Assembly (NCBI GenBank): GCA_045863235.1
Contig: BTUM01000062.1
Coordinates: forward strand, 1-48,038
Source of the DNA: Candidatus Xenobia bacterium
GTDB taxonomy: Bacteria > Vulcanimicrobiota > Xenobia > Xenobiales > QWHO01
Length of the DNA stretch: 48,038 bases
Direction: 5' to 3'
Below the pieces are notes generated by a model that had not been told where the DNA came from, searched no databases, and saw nothing but the letters and a program-made list of their open reading frames with translations. The number at the start of each line of letters is the position of its first letter. Position 1 is the stretch's first letter. Both the position numbers and the translations under genes were made by a program. Below are positions 17,780 to 26,195 of the stretch, piece by piece.

Positions 17780-19365
17780 AGCGAACCGGTGGCCCCCCTG
17801 TCGTTGATATTTACGATGTAGACCTCGCCCGTGTTGGGGAAGTTGAGCGGGGGCTTGGTGATCAGCTTGTCGTCGTAGCGGTAGTCTTTGGCGTAGCCGG
17901 TGGAGACCTGCGAGGCCGAGCCTGTGCCCACCGGGCCGCGGGTGCGCTGGATGATGCCTCCAAAGAGGTGCAGCGTGCCGCGCGGGCTGCCCTGGTTGTA
18001 CTTGTCCACGGTGAAGGAGCCGTTCAGGGCCATCATGGTGGCGTGGATGGTGCGGTCCTGGCTGGTGTTGGTGCGGCTCTCGACGATGATGTCCTCTTTG
18101 GCCACGATGCCGAGCACGTCCTGGGCCATGTCCGAGTAGACGAGGTTGTTGCTCAGATGCACGTCATACTTGCTGCCCACGGTGGCGCGGCCCTTCACGG
18201 TGCCTTCCATCACGACGAACCCGTCCACGTGGAAGGTGTCCGCCGAGGTGTCCAGCACGGTGGTCGAGGCGGTGAAGTTCCTGGCCACAGGGTCCCAGTT
18301 CCGGAAGGAGGTCGAGGCCGAGTCCCAGCGCTGGATCACGGCACCGGCAGGGTTCGGGGTGCTGCGGAAGGTCATCTTGAACACGGGCGGCGCGTCACTG
18401 GCACTGATGTTGTTCCCGTTGCGCGTGAAACCGCTCGGGCGCCCGGTCGTCTCATCGAAAACCATGTCGTAGTCCGAGGCGGAGTTGGCCGGGTTCTTGT
18501 AGTGGTTGGGCGGCAGGGCGCCACCGGGGGTATTGATGGCCAGGTTGGTGGTATCGGGCGCGTTGGATTCGGCCAGGGTGCGAATCTTATCGTTGTCGGT
18601 CGGCAACGGGATCTCGGCCTGTCCGCCGGCAAAAGAGAAGTTTGGGCTGTTGTTCAGGGCCACGGGGGCGTTCTGGGCATAAGAGCCGTTGTTCTCGGTT
18701 CGGTAGAATCTGGCCGGGTCCGAGGTGGTCGTGCCATTCGGGTTGCGATAGACGGGCGGGGGTCCGGCCGTGTAAGCGGTGTCGCTCAGGTTGGAGGAGC
18801 GCATCTGGTCGGAGAAGCGCGGGTTGCCGGCGATCGTGAAGTAGCCATTGGTGCGCACCGGACCGGTGATGGCGTCGTTGGAGACGAAGCGGATGATGGC
18901 CCCGCCCACGCCGATGTCGCGGTCGGTAAAGTAGGCATACTTGGAGAACGGCTCTTGCTGGATGAAGGCCACCACCTGGCGTTGGGCCTGGCGGGGGGGC
19001 TGCCCGTAGAATCCGGTGGAAACGACCTCCCAGGCCAACTGCGAGGTGCGGGTGGTGGTGTTGTCCGGGTGCGGACGCACGACGACTGTAAAAGACGTGA
19101 CGCCGGGCTCGAGGGGCAGCGTCACGTTGCCTCCATTCTGCACCCAGGCCGTATCGCGAAGCTGGGTCACCTTGGACATGGCGTAATTCAAACCGGCGCG
19201 AGCCGCGTACATGGCGCGGGAACCGGCGTAGTCTTGCATGGCGGTGCGCGACTCCAGGGTGGAGACGTTGACCGCCATAAAGGTCACCAGCGTGATCAGG
19301 GCGATGATGATGAGGGTCATGGCTAACACGAAGCCGCGACCTCTCCTCGTCCGTTGCCTCAACAT
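17776..19365 (-). CDS. large PilX/GspK-like minor pilin (DUF4900-like C-terminus)
   Basis: RG/FVLAMTL without E5; AMYAARAGL PilX N-terminal motif; FSKYAYFTD, GPVRTNG, GYAKDYRYD; AAGGAG RBS. Confidence 0.85.
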   Translation of the reverse strand: MLRQRTRRGRGFVLAMTLIIIALITLVTFMAVNVSTLESRTAMQDYAGSRAMYAARAGLNYAMSKVTQLRDTAWVQNGGNVTLPLEPGVTSFTVVVRPHPDNTTTRTSQLAWEVVSTGFYGQPPRQAQRQVVAFIQQEPFSKYAYFTDRDIGVGGAIIRFVSNDAITGPVRTNGYFTIAGNPRFSDQMRSSNLSDTAYTAGPPPVYRNPNGTTTSDPARFYRTENNGSYAQNAPVALNNSPNFSFAGGQAEIPLPTDNDKIRTLAESNAPDTTNLAINTPGGALPPNHYKNPANSASDYDMVFDETTGRPSGFTRNGNNISASDAPPVFKMTFRSTPNPAGAVIQRWDSASTSFRNWDPVARNFTASTTVLDTSADTFHVDGFVVMEGTVKGRATVGSKYDVHLSNNLVYSDMAQDVLGIVAKEDIIVESRTNTSQDRTIHATMMALNGSFTVDKYNQGSPRGTLHLFGGIIQRTRGPVGTGSASQVSTGYAKDYRYDDKLITKPPLNFPNTGEVYIVNINDRGATGSL

Positions 19366-19432
19366 AGGATTTGTGACTCTCCTTTTTCGGTCCGTTTTGA
19401 CCGCTCTCAGCCTAGCACTCCCGAGACACCCC

Positions 19433-19454
19433 GAATGTGGGGTATCTCACATTC
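19433..19454. promoter_or_regulatory. CRP/FNR-family-like operator upstream of the pilin operon
   Basis: Minus strand GAATGTGAGATACCCCACATTC = TGTGA-N6-CCACA (9/10 to TGTGA-N6-TCACA) with symmetric AA/TT flanks. Confidence 0.55.
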
Positions 19455-19551
19455 ACACCGCTCGCAGAATAGGTCCAAACAGGCCCCTCGACCATCGGGC
19501 CGAGGCTGGAAAAAGTCCCTCGACCCATGGGTGGAGAAGGCCTGAAAAGCC

Positions 19552-21675
19552 TTACTGGACGAGGAGATCGTGCTGAGCGGCGTAGAGCAGGAGCTGGACC
19601 CGGTCCTTGAGGTGGAGCTTGCGCAGCAGGTTGTTCACATGGGTCTTGACGGTGCCCTCGCTGATGACCAGGGCCTCGGCGATCTCCTTGTTGCTCAGGC
19701 CCTGGGTAATGGAGCGGAAGATTTCCTGCTCGCGCCCGGTCAGCTCGAGGAAAGCCGAGGGCGCCTGGCGGCGCGCCTTGCTCGCGTGCAGGCGCAGCCC
19801 CTGAGCCGCCTCCGAGCTGAGCACGGTAGCCCCTCCCTGTACGCGCAGCAGGGCCGAGCGCAGCTCCCCGGCCGAGCTGTCTTTATCTAACAGGGCCACG
19901 GCCTCCAGTTCGACGAACTTCTCGATCTGCTCGGCCGGTCGCGTCGCCAGGGCGACGAGACGACCCGCGGGGATCTGTTCGGGCAGGTCGTCGAGGTCGA
20001 TGACGTGGAGCTCGAGGCCCTCCCCCGGCTCGCACAGCTCGAAGTCACGCCGCAGGCTGCGACGCAGCCAGGCAGCCAGGGCCGGTTCACGCACCCAGCA
20101 GCCGACCCGCAGGGCGGGTCGCTGAGGAGCGGATTGATCGGGCTCGACCTCGGTCACGGACGGGACAGGCCGGGCCTCTCGCACTGGAAGCACGATGCGA
20201 AGACGTTCGCCGGGCTCATTCTCCAGGTAGGCCTCGTGGCTCTTGAGAATTTGTCGCAGCAGCCCGGCTCCGTCCGATTCTGTAGCGTTGCCATTGATCC
20301 AGTGACGTACCTGGCTGGCCAGGCTGGCTTCCTGGGGGGTCAGCTCGAGCCAGACCTGCTCTTGATGCAATCGCACCGCCAGCCGCAGCTTGCTGCCCGG
20401 AGGCGACTCCTCGATCAGGCGGCGCAGCAAGGTGGAGCAGAGCAGGCCGAGCTGCTCGGGGTCGCCGGCCAGCCGACACTCCTCCCCCTTCACTTCCAGC
20501 TCGATCTCGCGCTCTCGCGCCAGACCGCTCAGGGACTGGGCGACTTCGTCCAGCAAAGCATCCAGCTCCACATCCACCATCCGCGTGCTCCAGCGGCCCT
20601 GGCTGAGCGCCTCGGTCAGGCTCAGGTTGTGGACCAGGCCACGCAGGTAGCGCGCCTGCGAAGCCAGCTCGGCGTTGCCATAGCTCTCGCACAGCTCGAC
20701 CAGACGCCGGGAAGGGCCTCGCAGCTCGTGCAGCACGACCGAGACAGCCTCCTGGCGCAGCCGCTCGAGCCTCTCCTCCAGCTGCAGGTCGCGAAGATGT
20801 AGCAATGACCGCTGCGATGCCAGCTCGACCCGCTTGGAGCGAAGCGGGATCTGGGTTCCGTCGGACCGGGTCAACAGCCAGCGCTGCTCATCCTGGCGAA
20901 CCAGGGGCAACTCCTCGAATTGGCGGCCAGTCCAGTCCTCCCCGGCCAGGTCGCGGGCAGCCGGGTTGGCCAGGGTCACTTTCTGGTCGGCATCCAGGCT
21001 CAGCCAGGCGTCTGGAATCGAGCCCACCAGTGCCTCCCAGTCGCTTCGCTGGCGGTCAAGCTCTTGCAGGCGCAGCTCCAGGACTTCCAACATGTCGTTT
21101 AAGGCTTGCCCCAGCTCGTTTAGCTCGGGCTGAGTAAAGGGTGATGCGCGCCAGGAAAGCTCTCCTTCGCGTACCCGGCGGGCCAGCCCCGCCAGGTCTT
21201 CGATGGGCTTGAGCAGCACGCCGAAGAGCCAGTAGAGCAGACCGACCAGTCCGACCAGGGTGCCGAACATCAAGACACCTCCAGCGATGAGCTGGATGCG
21301 AAGCTGCTGAGCCCTCTTTTCCTCGGCCTCCAGGATGGATTGCAGGGCCGCCTGCTCATAACGGTCGAGTGCCAGCGCCAGCGTCTCCTGATTGCCTCCG
21401 ATGAGAGCCCTTTCCAGGGCGTCCCGACCGCTCAGGTCGGACAGTTGGACCTCCCTCTCGCCCCGACGAAGCTTCTCCAGCGCCAGCAGCGCCTGCACGC
21501 CGTCCTGGGTCTCATTGGAGATCTGTTGCATGCGACCCAGACCGACCAGGGAGGTCGCGATCATGATGAGGCAAGCCAGCAGGATCAAGAGAAAGATGCC
21601 CATCACTGTGTTGCGCAACGGGTCGGGCCCCGAGTGAAGCAGCAGGCCGGTCAGCCGGGAAGGTTTCTGGCTCAC
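19552..21675 (-). CDS. membrane hybrid regulator: 2 TM - HAMP - PAS - HisKA - degenerate HATPase - REC-like - LuxR HTH
   Basis: HAMP (PIEDL...ELNELGQALNDM), PAS (SIPDA...ANPAA), LHELRGP, intact LuxR LTGREQEI...SNKEIA...TVKTHVNNLLRKL. Confidence 0.8.
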   Translation of the reverse strand: MSQKPSRLTGLLLHSGPDPLRNTVMGIFLLILLACLIMIATSLVGLGRMQQISNETQDGVQALLALEKLRRGEREVQLSDLSGRDALERALIGGNQETLALALDRYEQAALQSILEAEEKRAQQLRIQLIAGGVLMFGTLVGLVGLLYWLFGVLLKPIEDLAGLARRVREGELSWRASPFTQPELNELGQALNDMLEVLELRLQELDRQRSDWEALVGSIPDAWLSLDADQKVTLANPAARDLAGEDWTGRQFEELPLVRQDEQRWLLTRSDGTQIPLRSKRVELASQRSLLHLRDLQLEERLERLRQEAVSVVLHELRGPSRRLVELCESYGNAELASQARYLRGLVHNLSLTEALSQGRWSTRMVDVELDALLDEVAQSLSGLAREREIELEVKGEECRLAGDPEQLGLLCSTLLRRLIEESPPGSKLRLAVRLHQEQVWLELTPQEASLASQVRHWINGNATESDGAGLLRQILKSHEAYLENEPGERLRIVLPVREARPVPSVTEVEPDQSAPQRPALRVGCWVREPALAAWLRRSLRRDFELCEPGEGLELHVIDLDDLPEQIPAGRLVALATRPAEQIEKFVELEAVALLDKDSSAGELRSALLRVQGGATVLSSEAAQGLRLHASKARRQAPSAFLELTGREQEIFRSITQGLSNKEIAEALVISEGTVKTHVNNLLRKLHLKDRVQLLLYAAQHDLLVQ

Positions 21676-21744
21676 GTTCGCCCTGATTTCGCCCGCCGGC
21701 GGCGGGAAACCCCCTGACCTTGCGCGAACCTGCGTGCCGCCAAG

Positions 21745-21850
21745 CTACACTCCCGCGCGTTGACCGGTTCAGGATTGGAACGCGCGGGAGTGTAGACAAT
21801 CTGTTGAACGGCGCCGCGCGTATTCCTGAAGTGTTCAACGCGCGGCACCT
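21745..21850. repeat. two related palindromic units in inverted orientation
   Basis: Perfect 17-bp inverted repeat 21745-21761/21779-21795; second GCCGCGCGT/ACGCGCGGC stem; both units read CCGCGCGTTGA-N5-TCAGGA-Nx-ACGCGCGG on opposite strands. Confidence 0.8.
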
Positions 21851-21870
21851 TAGCGAAGAGGAGTCCCACC

Positions 21871-23259
21871 ATGCCCGCGTCCGTCCAGGAATATCTCGAG
21901 GAGAAGCGCTCCAGCTTTGAAGCCGACCTGTTCGAGCTGTTGTCCATCCCCAGCGTCTCTACCGATTCGACCCGCGCTCCCGAGGTGCGCCGCTGCGCCC
22001 AGGAGGTGGCCCGCCAACTGCGCGAGGCCGGCCTGACGAAGGTGGAGGTGATGGATACCGCGGGACATCCTGTGGTCTACGGCGAGCGTCTCAACGCGCC
22101 CGGCAAGCCCACCGTGCTCGTTTACGGCCATTACGACGTGCAGCCCGAGGACCCGGTCGAGCTTTGGACCTCGCCACCCTTCAAGCCCACCGTGCGCGAA
22201 GGCAAGGTGTACGCCCGCGGGGCTACCGACGATAAGGGCCAGTTTCTGGTTCACGTCAAGGCCGTGCAGGCGATGCTGGCCACTCGGGGCGAGCTGCCGG
22301 TCAACGTGAAGTTCGTGATCGAGGGTGAGGAGGAGATCGGCTCGCGCAACCTGGCTCCCTTCCTTCGCCAGCACAAAGACCTCCTCAAGGCTGACATGGT
22401 GGTTATCTCCGACAGCGCCATGTTTGCTCCGGGCATCCCCTCGATTCTCTACGGGTTGCGCGGTCTGGCCTATTTTCAGATCGACCTGACTGGAGCCGAC
22501 TCGGACCTTCATTCGGGCGTATTCGGAGGTGCGGTGCCCAACCCGGGCTTCGAGCTCTGCCGCCTGGTGGCCCAGCTCAAGGATGCCAACGGTCGCATCC
22601 AGATTCCCGGCTTCTACGACAAGGTCCGCGAGCTCGAGCCTGAGGAGCGGGCCGAGTATGCCGCTCTGCCCTTTGACGACGAGCAGTTCCGGGCTGGCCT
22701 GAACGTGCCCGCTCTGGACGGTGAGGAGGGTTATACGGTGCTGGAGCGCCGCTGGGCTCGTCCCACCCTGGAAGTCAATGGCATGCTGTGCGGCTTTACC
22801 GGTGAGGGGGCCAAGACCGTGCTGCCCAACAAGGCCATGGTCAAGATCTCCTGCCGGCTGGTGCCCGATCAGGAGCCCGAGGAGATTGCGGCGCTGGTCA
22901 AAGCCCACATCGAATCGCTGGTGCCGCCCACCATCCGGGCCAATGTGCGCGCTCTACACGGCGGCAAAGGCTGGATCGCGCCTCGCAACCACCCGGCCCT
23001 GAAGGCGGCTGCCCGGGCGATCGAACGCGAATTCGGTCGCCCTCCGGTCTTCGTGCGCGAGGGTGGCTCGATCCCCATCGTGGTCGACTTCGAGCAGATC
23101 CTGCGCGTGCCCGGCATCCTGGTGGGCTTCGGGCTCAACGACGAGAATCTGCACGCCCCGGACGAGCACATGGACCTGGGCAATTTCCACCGCGGCATCC
23201 GCACCTCGATGTTCCTGCTCGAAGAGCTGGCCGGCGTTCCGGCGGGAGCTTCGGTATAA
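21871..23259 (+). CDS. M20 family dipeptidase
   Basis: GHYDVQP, DDKGQ, EGEEEIGS, DLHSG, HAPDE motifs; GAGGAG RBS. Confidence 0.93.
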   Translation: MPASVQEYLEEKRSSFEADLFELLSIPSVSTDSTRAPEVRRCAQEVARQLREAGLTKVEVMDTAGHPVVYGERLNAPGKPTVLVYGHYDVQPEDPVELWTSPPFKPTVREGKVYARGATDDKGQFLVHVKAVQAMLATRGELPVNVKFVIEGEEEIGSRNLAPFLRQHKDLLKADMVVISDSAMFAPGIPSILYGLRGLAYFQIDLTGADSDLHSGVFGGAVPNPGFELCRLVAQLKDANGRIQIPGFYDKVRELEPEERAEYAALPFDDEQFRAGLNVPALDGEEGYTVLERRWARPTLEVNGMLCGFTGEGAKTVLPNKAMVKISCRLVPDQEPEEIAALVKAHIESLVPPTIRANVRALHGGKGWIAPRNHPALKAAARAIEREFGRPPVFVREGGSIPIVVDFEQILRVPGILVGFGLNDENLHAPDEHMDLGNFHRGIRTSMFLLEELAGVPAGASV

Positions 23260-23319
23260 GTCTAGCCCCGTGCCAAACCGGAAGTGAAGCGCTGAGGGTT
23301 TACAGGACTGGTCAACACC

Positions 23320-24231
23320 TTAGTCGGGAGCCCAGAACTCCCGCACCGTAGGGTCGGGGAACAGCAGTCCGTCGAGCTGCTGGAGAGCGTTCTTCATCTC
23401 CAGATCCTCGAAATACTCGGCAGCTCTGTTGAGTGGCGTCAGGGCGAAGTGCGACAACTCGAAGGGCTCGAGGGGGACATCGGCTCTCAGTGTCGCCAGC
23501 TCGAGATCCCGCAGCAGCCGCCCTCTGTGCTCTGTCAACGCGCTGGCGAATTTGCCAGCCTGAGCCGGGCTTTCCAGCAAGGCCCGCAGTGAGCCGGCCT
23601 TTCTTAGCAGCGAGATCGCGGTCTTGGGGCCGATCCCGCTGACGCCCTGCAAGTTGTCCACGGAGTCGCCTTGCAGGGCCAGGTAGTCGGGGATGAGCTC
23701 GGGCGGCACGCCAAAGACGGACTCTACCTGCTCGCGACCCACCCGTTCGACCCTGGCCGTCTTGCCCGTACCCGAGAGTCGCAAGAGCTCTATCTCGCCG
23801 GGAAACTGCAAAACCTGGGCCAGGTCCTTGTCGGAGGTGACCAGCGTGACGCTGTGCCCGGCTTCACCGGCCTGGCGGGCCAGGGTACAGATCACGTCGT
23901 CGGCCTCGAAGCCGTCCACGGAAAGCTTCGGGATGCCCAGCCGCCTGAGCCCCTCGATGATCATGGGAACCTGGACTTTGAGCGCCTGGGGAGTCTCAGG
24001 GCGGTTAGCTTTGTAGTCCTCGGCCAGCTCGGCCCTGAATACCCGCGTGCGCGACTCGAAGACGGCGACCGCGAACTCGGGCTGGAAGGTCTTCCATAAC
24101 ACCCGCAGGATGCCCAGGCAGCCGTGCACCGCGTTGGTGGGCCTCCCGTCCTTCGTTCCCAGGTGGGGAGGCAGGGCGTGAAAGGCCCGGAAAATGTGGT
24201 ACATAATGTCGATGATGTAGAGTCGAGCCAT
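23320..24231 (-). CDS. stand-alone 5'-3' exonuclease / flap endonuclease (PolA N-terminal/Xni-like)
   Basis: FRAFHA, YKANR, EADD, SDKD, GDSVDN, GIGPKTA helix-3-turn-helix; likely ATG at 24231. Confidence 0.9.
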   Translation of the reverse strand: MARLYIIDIMYHIFRAFHALPPHLGTKDGRPTNAVHGCLGILRVLWKTFQPEFAVAVFESRTRVFRAELAEDYKANRPETPQALKVQVPMIIEGLRRLGIPKLSVDGFEADDVICTLARQAGEAGHSVTLVTSDKDLAQVLQFPGEIELLRLSGTGKTARVERVGREQVESVFGVPPELIPDYLALQGDSVDNLQGVSGIGPKTAISLLRKAGSLRALLESPAQAGKFASALTEHRGRLLRDLELATLRADVPLEPFELSHFALTPLNRAAEYFEDLEMKNALQQLDGLLFPDPTVREFWAPD

Positions 24232-24244
24232 AGCATACGCCCTC

Positions 24245-24276
24245 AAAAAGGAACGGGAGACCTTCGTCTCCCGTCC
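24245..24276 (-). terminator. intrinsic terminator after tRNA-Leu
   Basis: Minus strand ACGGGAGA-cgaagg-TCTCCCGT hairpin followed by TCCTTTTT. Confidence 0.75.
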
Positions 24277-24278
24277 TG

Positions 24279-24365
24279 TGGTGCCCAGAGCCGGGGTCGA
24301 ACCGGCACTCCCTCGCGGGAACAGGTGTTTGAGACCTGCGCGTCTGCCAATTCCGCCATCTGGGC
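24279..24365 (-). tRNA. tRNA-Leu(CAA)
   Basis: GCCCAGA acceptor stem, GGAATTGG D loop, CAGGT-CTCAAAC-ACCTG anticodon arm, long variable arm, GTTCGAC T loop, encoded CCA. Confidence 0.97.
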
Positions 24366-24374
24366 AGCCTGGCT

Positions 24375-24403
24375 ATCATAGCACTCGCGCCCGCCCTGAT
24401 CAA
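24375..24403 (-). promoter_or_regulatory. sigma70 promoter of tRNA-Leu
   Basis: TTGATC-17 bp-TATGAT with extended TG, 10 bp upstream of the tRNA. Confidence 0.7.
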
Positions 24404-24546
24404 GAGTTGACCTGGTTTCAACTCTGGGTTACAACACCGGGAAGGAAATTGTCCAGTTTACGCGAACCTGGACCCGATTTTTGTAGAATCTTTTTCGCGC
24501 GAGCCGTCGGCTCGTTCACACAACCGAACCAGAGGAGGAGAGGCTC

Positions 24547-25548
24547 GTGAGATTTCCTCTCGATTTTGCCCTGACCCAGGCCAAGCACATGGTGCAGCAG
24601 CGCGCCAAAGGAAGGAAGCGCTTCCCGACCGTCTGCATGCTCGAGCCGCTCTATACGTGTAACCTCGCCTGCATCGGCTGCTCGACCGAGCGCCACACCG
24701 GCAAGTTGAAGGACCGCCTGTCGGTGGAGACCTGCCTGAAGGCGGTGGAGGACTCCGAAGTTCCCACGGTGGCCGTGTGCGGCGGCGAGCCGATGCTCTA
24801 TCCCGAGTTGCCCGAACTGCTCGGCGAGCTGATGCGGCGCGGCAAATACATCATTTTGTGCACCAACGCCCTGTTGCTTGACACCAAGCTGTTCGGTGTG
24901 ATCCCGCCTTCCAAGCAGCTTTTCGTCAACGTCCACCTCGACGGCATGCGCGACACCCACGACATGGTGTGCGCTCGCCAGGGCGTATTCGACAAAGCCA
25001 TCGAGATGATCAAAGAGAGCAAGCGCCGAGGTTATCTGACTCTGACCAACACCACGGTCTACAAGGAGACCGACATGGACGAGGTCGAGCAGCTTTGTGA
25101 CCTCTTGACCAGCTTCAACGTGGACGGCATCCTGATCTCACCTGGCTATCACTACGAAACGGTCAAGCGCGACGTGTTCCTGACCCGTGAGCAGATCCAT
25201 GAGAAGTTCAAGCGGGTGCGCGAGCTGTCGCGCCGCTACAAGCTCACTGCCACGCCGGCTTTCCTCGACTTCGCAGCCGGGCTCAAGGAGCTGCTTTGCT
25301 CGCCCTATTCAACCGTGAATTTCACGCCTAAGGGCTGGAAAGGCCCGTGCTACTTGATCGGTGATAAGTACTACGCCGACTTCAACGAATTCTGGAACGA
25401 TGTGGACTGGAACTACTGGGTGACCCGCAAGGACCCCCGCTGCGCCAACTGCAAGATGCATTCGGGCTTCGAGCAGAGTGCCGTGGATGAGGCTTCCAAG
25501 AGCGTTTCGGGCATGCTGCGTCTGGCTGCCTGGCACGTGAGCGGTTGA
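24547..25548 (+). CDS. hpnH: adenosyl-hopene transferase (radical SAM)
   Basis: MLEPLYTCNLACIGC (CxxxCxxC), GGEP, C-terminal DPRCANCKMHSGFE; GAGGAGG RBS; shc nearby. Confidence 0.93.
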   Translation: MRFPLDFALTQAKHMVQQRAKGRKRFPTVCMLEPLYTCNLACIGCSTERHTGKLKDRLSVETCLKAVEDSEVPTVAVCGGEPMLYPELPELLGELMRRGKYIILCTNALLLDTKLFGVIPPSKQLFVNVHLDGMRDTHDMVCARQGVFDKAIEMIKESKRRGYLTLTNTTVYKETDMDEVEQLCDLLTSFNVDGILISPGYHYETVKRDVFLTREQIHEKFKRVRELSRRYKLTATPAFLDFAAGLKELLCSPYSTVNFTPKGWKGPCYLIGDKYYADFNEFWNDVDWNYWVTRKDPRCANCKMHSGFEQSAVDEASKSVSGMLRLAAWHVSG

Positions 25549-26195
25549 ACGAATCCCTGGAGGTTCTTCTCTTGGGGCCGCGCGAATGGCGGCCCCTTTT
25601 TCATGTGCGCAAGCTCTGGCAGGTAGAGGCCCTTTACTGGGGGCACTACCTGGCGCGCTTCGCACCCCTGGATATCTGGCTGCAGACCCGGGGCCTGGCT
25701 CGCTCGCGCGACGACTTTCGCTTTGGCGAGACGCCCTGGGTTACGGGGTTGGAGTTGCTGAAGCTGGCCGAGGTGGGCCCGGAGGACACGCTCTACGACC
25801 TGGGGGCGGGACGGGGCAAAGTGGTCTTTCTGGCAGCCCTGGCCAGCGGCTGCCGAGCCATCGGGATCGAGCTCCTGGGCGGATACAACTACGTCTCGCG
25901 GCGTCTGGCGCGGTGGCTCAGGATCGAGAACGCGGTTTTCCGCGACGAAGACTTCCTGCGCACCGACTTGAGCCCGGCCTCGGTGGTCTACCTGGCCGGC
26001 ACCACCTGGTCGGCCGAAACCCGAGAGCGACTGGGGGAGAGGCTGGACACGCTCTCGCCCGGTTGCCGCGTGCTCTCGGTGAGTCATGAATGGCAGCGCC
26101 CCCGCCTGGACCTGGTGGGCGAGAGCCAGCACCTGTTCAGTTGGGGGCGCGCGAAAGTCTATCGCTACCGGGTCAGCGACTGGATGGGTCCATGA
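25545..26195 (+). CDS. class I SAM-dependent methyltransferase (DOT1-like motif pattern)
   Basis: FGET, YDLGAGRGK, GIEL, DF motifs; TTGA overlap with hpnH. Confidence 0.8.
   Translation: MNESLEVLLLGPREWRPLFHVRKLWQVEALYWGHYLARFAPLDIWLQTRGLARSRDDFRFGETPWVTGLELLKLAEVGPEDTLYDLGAGRGKVVFLAALASGCRAIGIELLGGYNYVSRRLARWLRIENAVFRDEDFLRTDLSPASVVYLAGTTWSAETRERLGERLDTLSPGCRVLSVSHEWQRPRLDLVGESQHLFSWGRAKVYRYRVSDWMGP

Noticed and set aside
17758..19326. 522-aa plus-strand ORF
   Set aside because: Antisense shadow of the PilX-like gene
19366..19551. c-di-GMP riboswitch upstream of the pilin operon
   Set aside because: No GEMM-I (GCAAA...GAAA...GACGCAAAGC) or GEMM-II consensus visible
24279..24365. tRNA-Leu as an integration site for an island or prophage
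   Set aside because: No integrase, no duplicated tRNA 3' end noticed, and housekeeping genes on both sides
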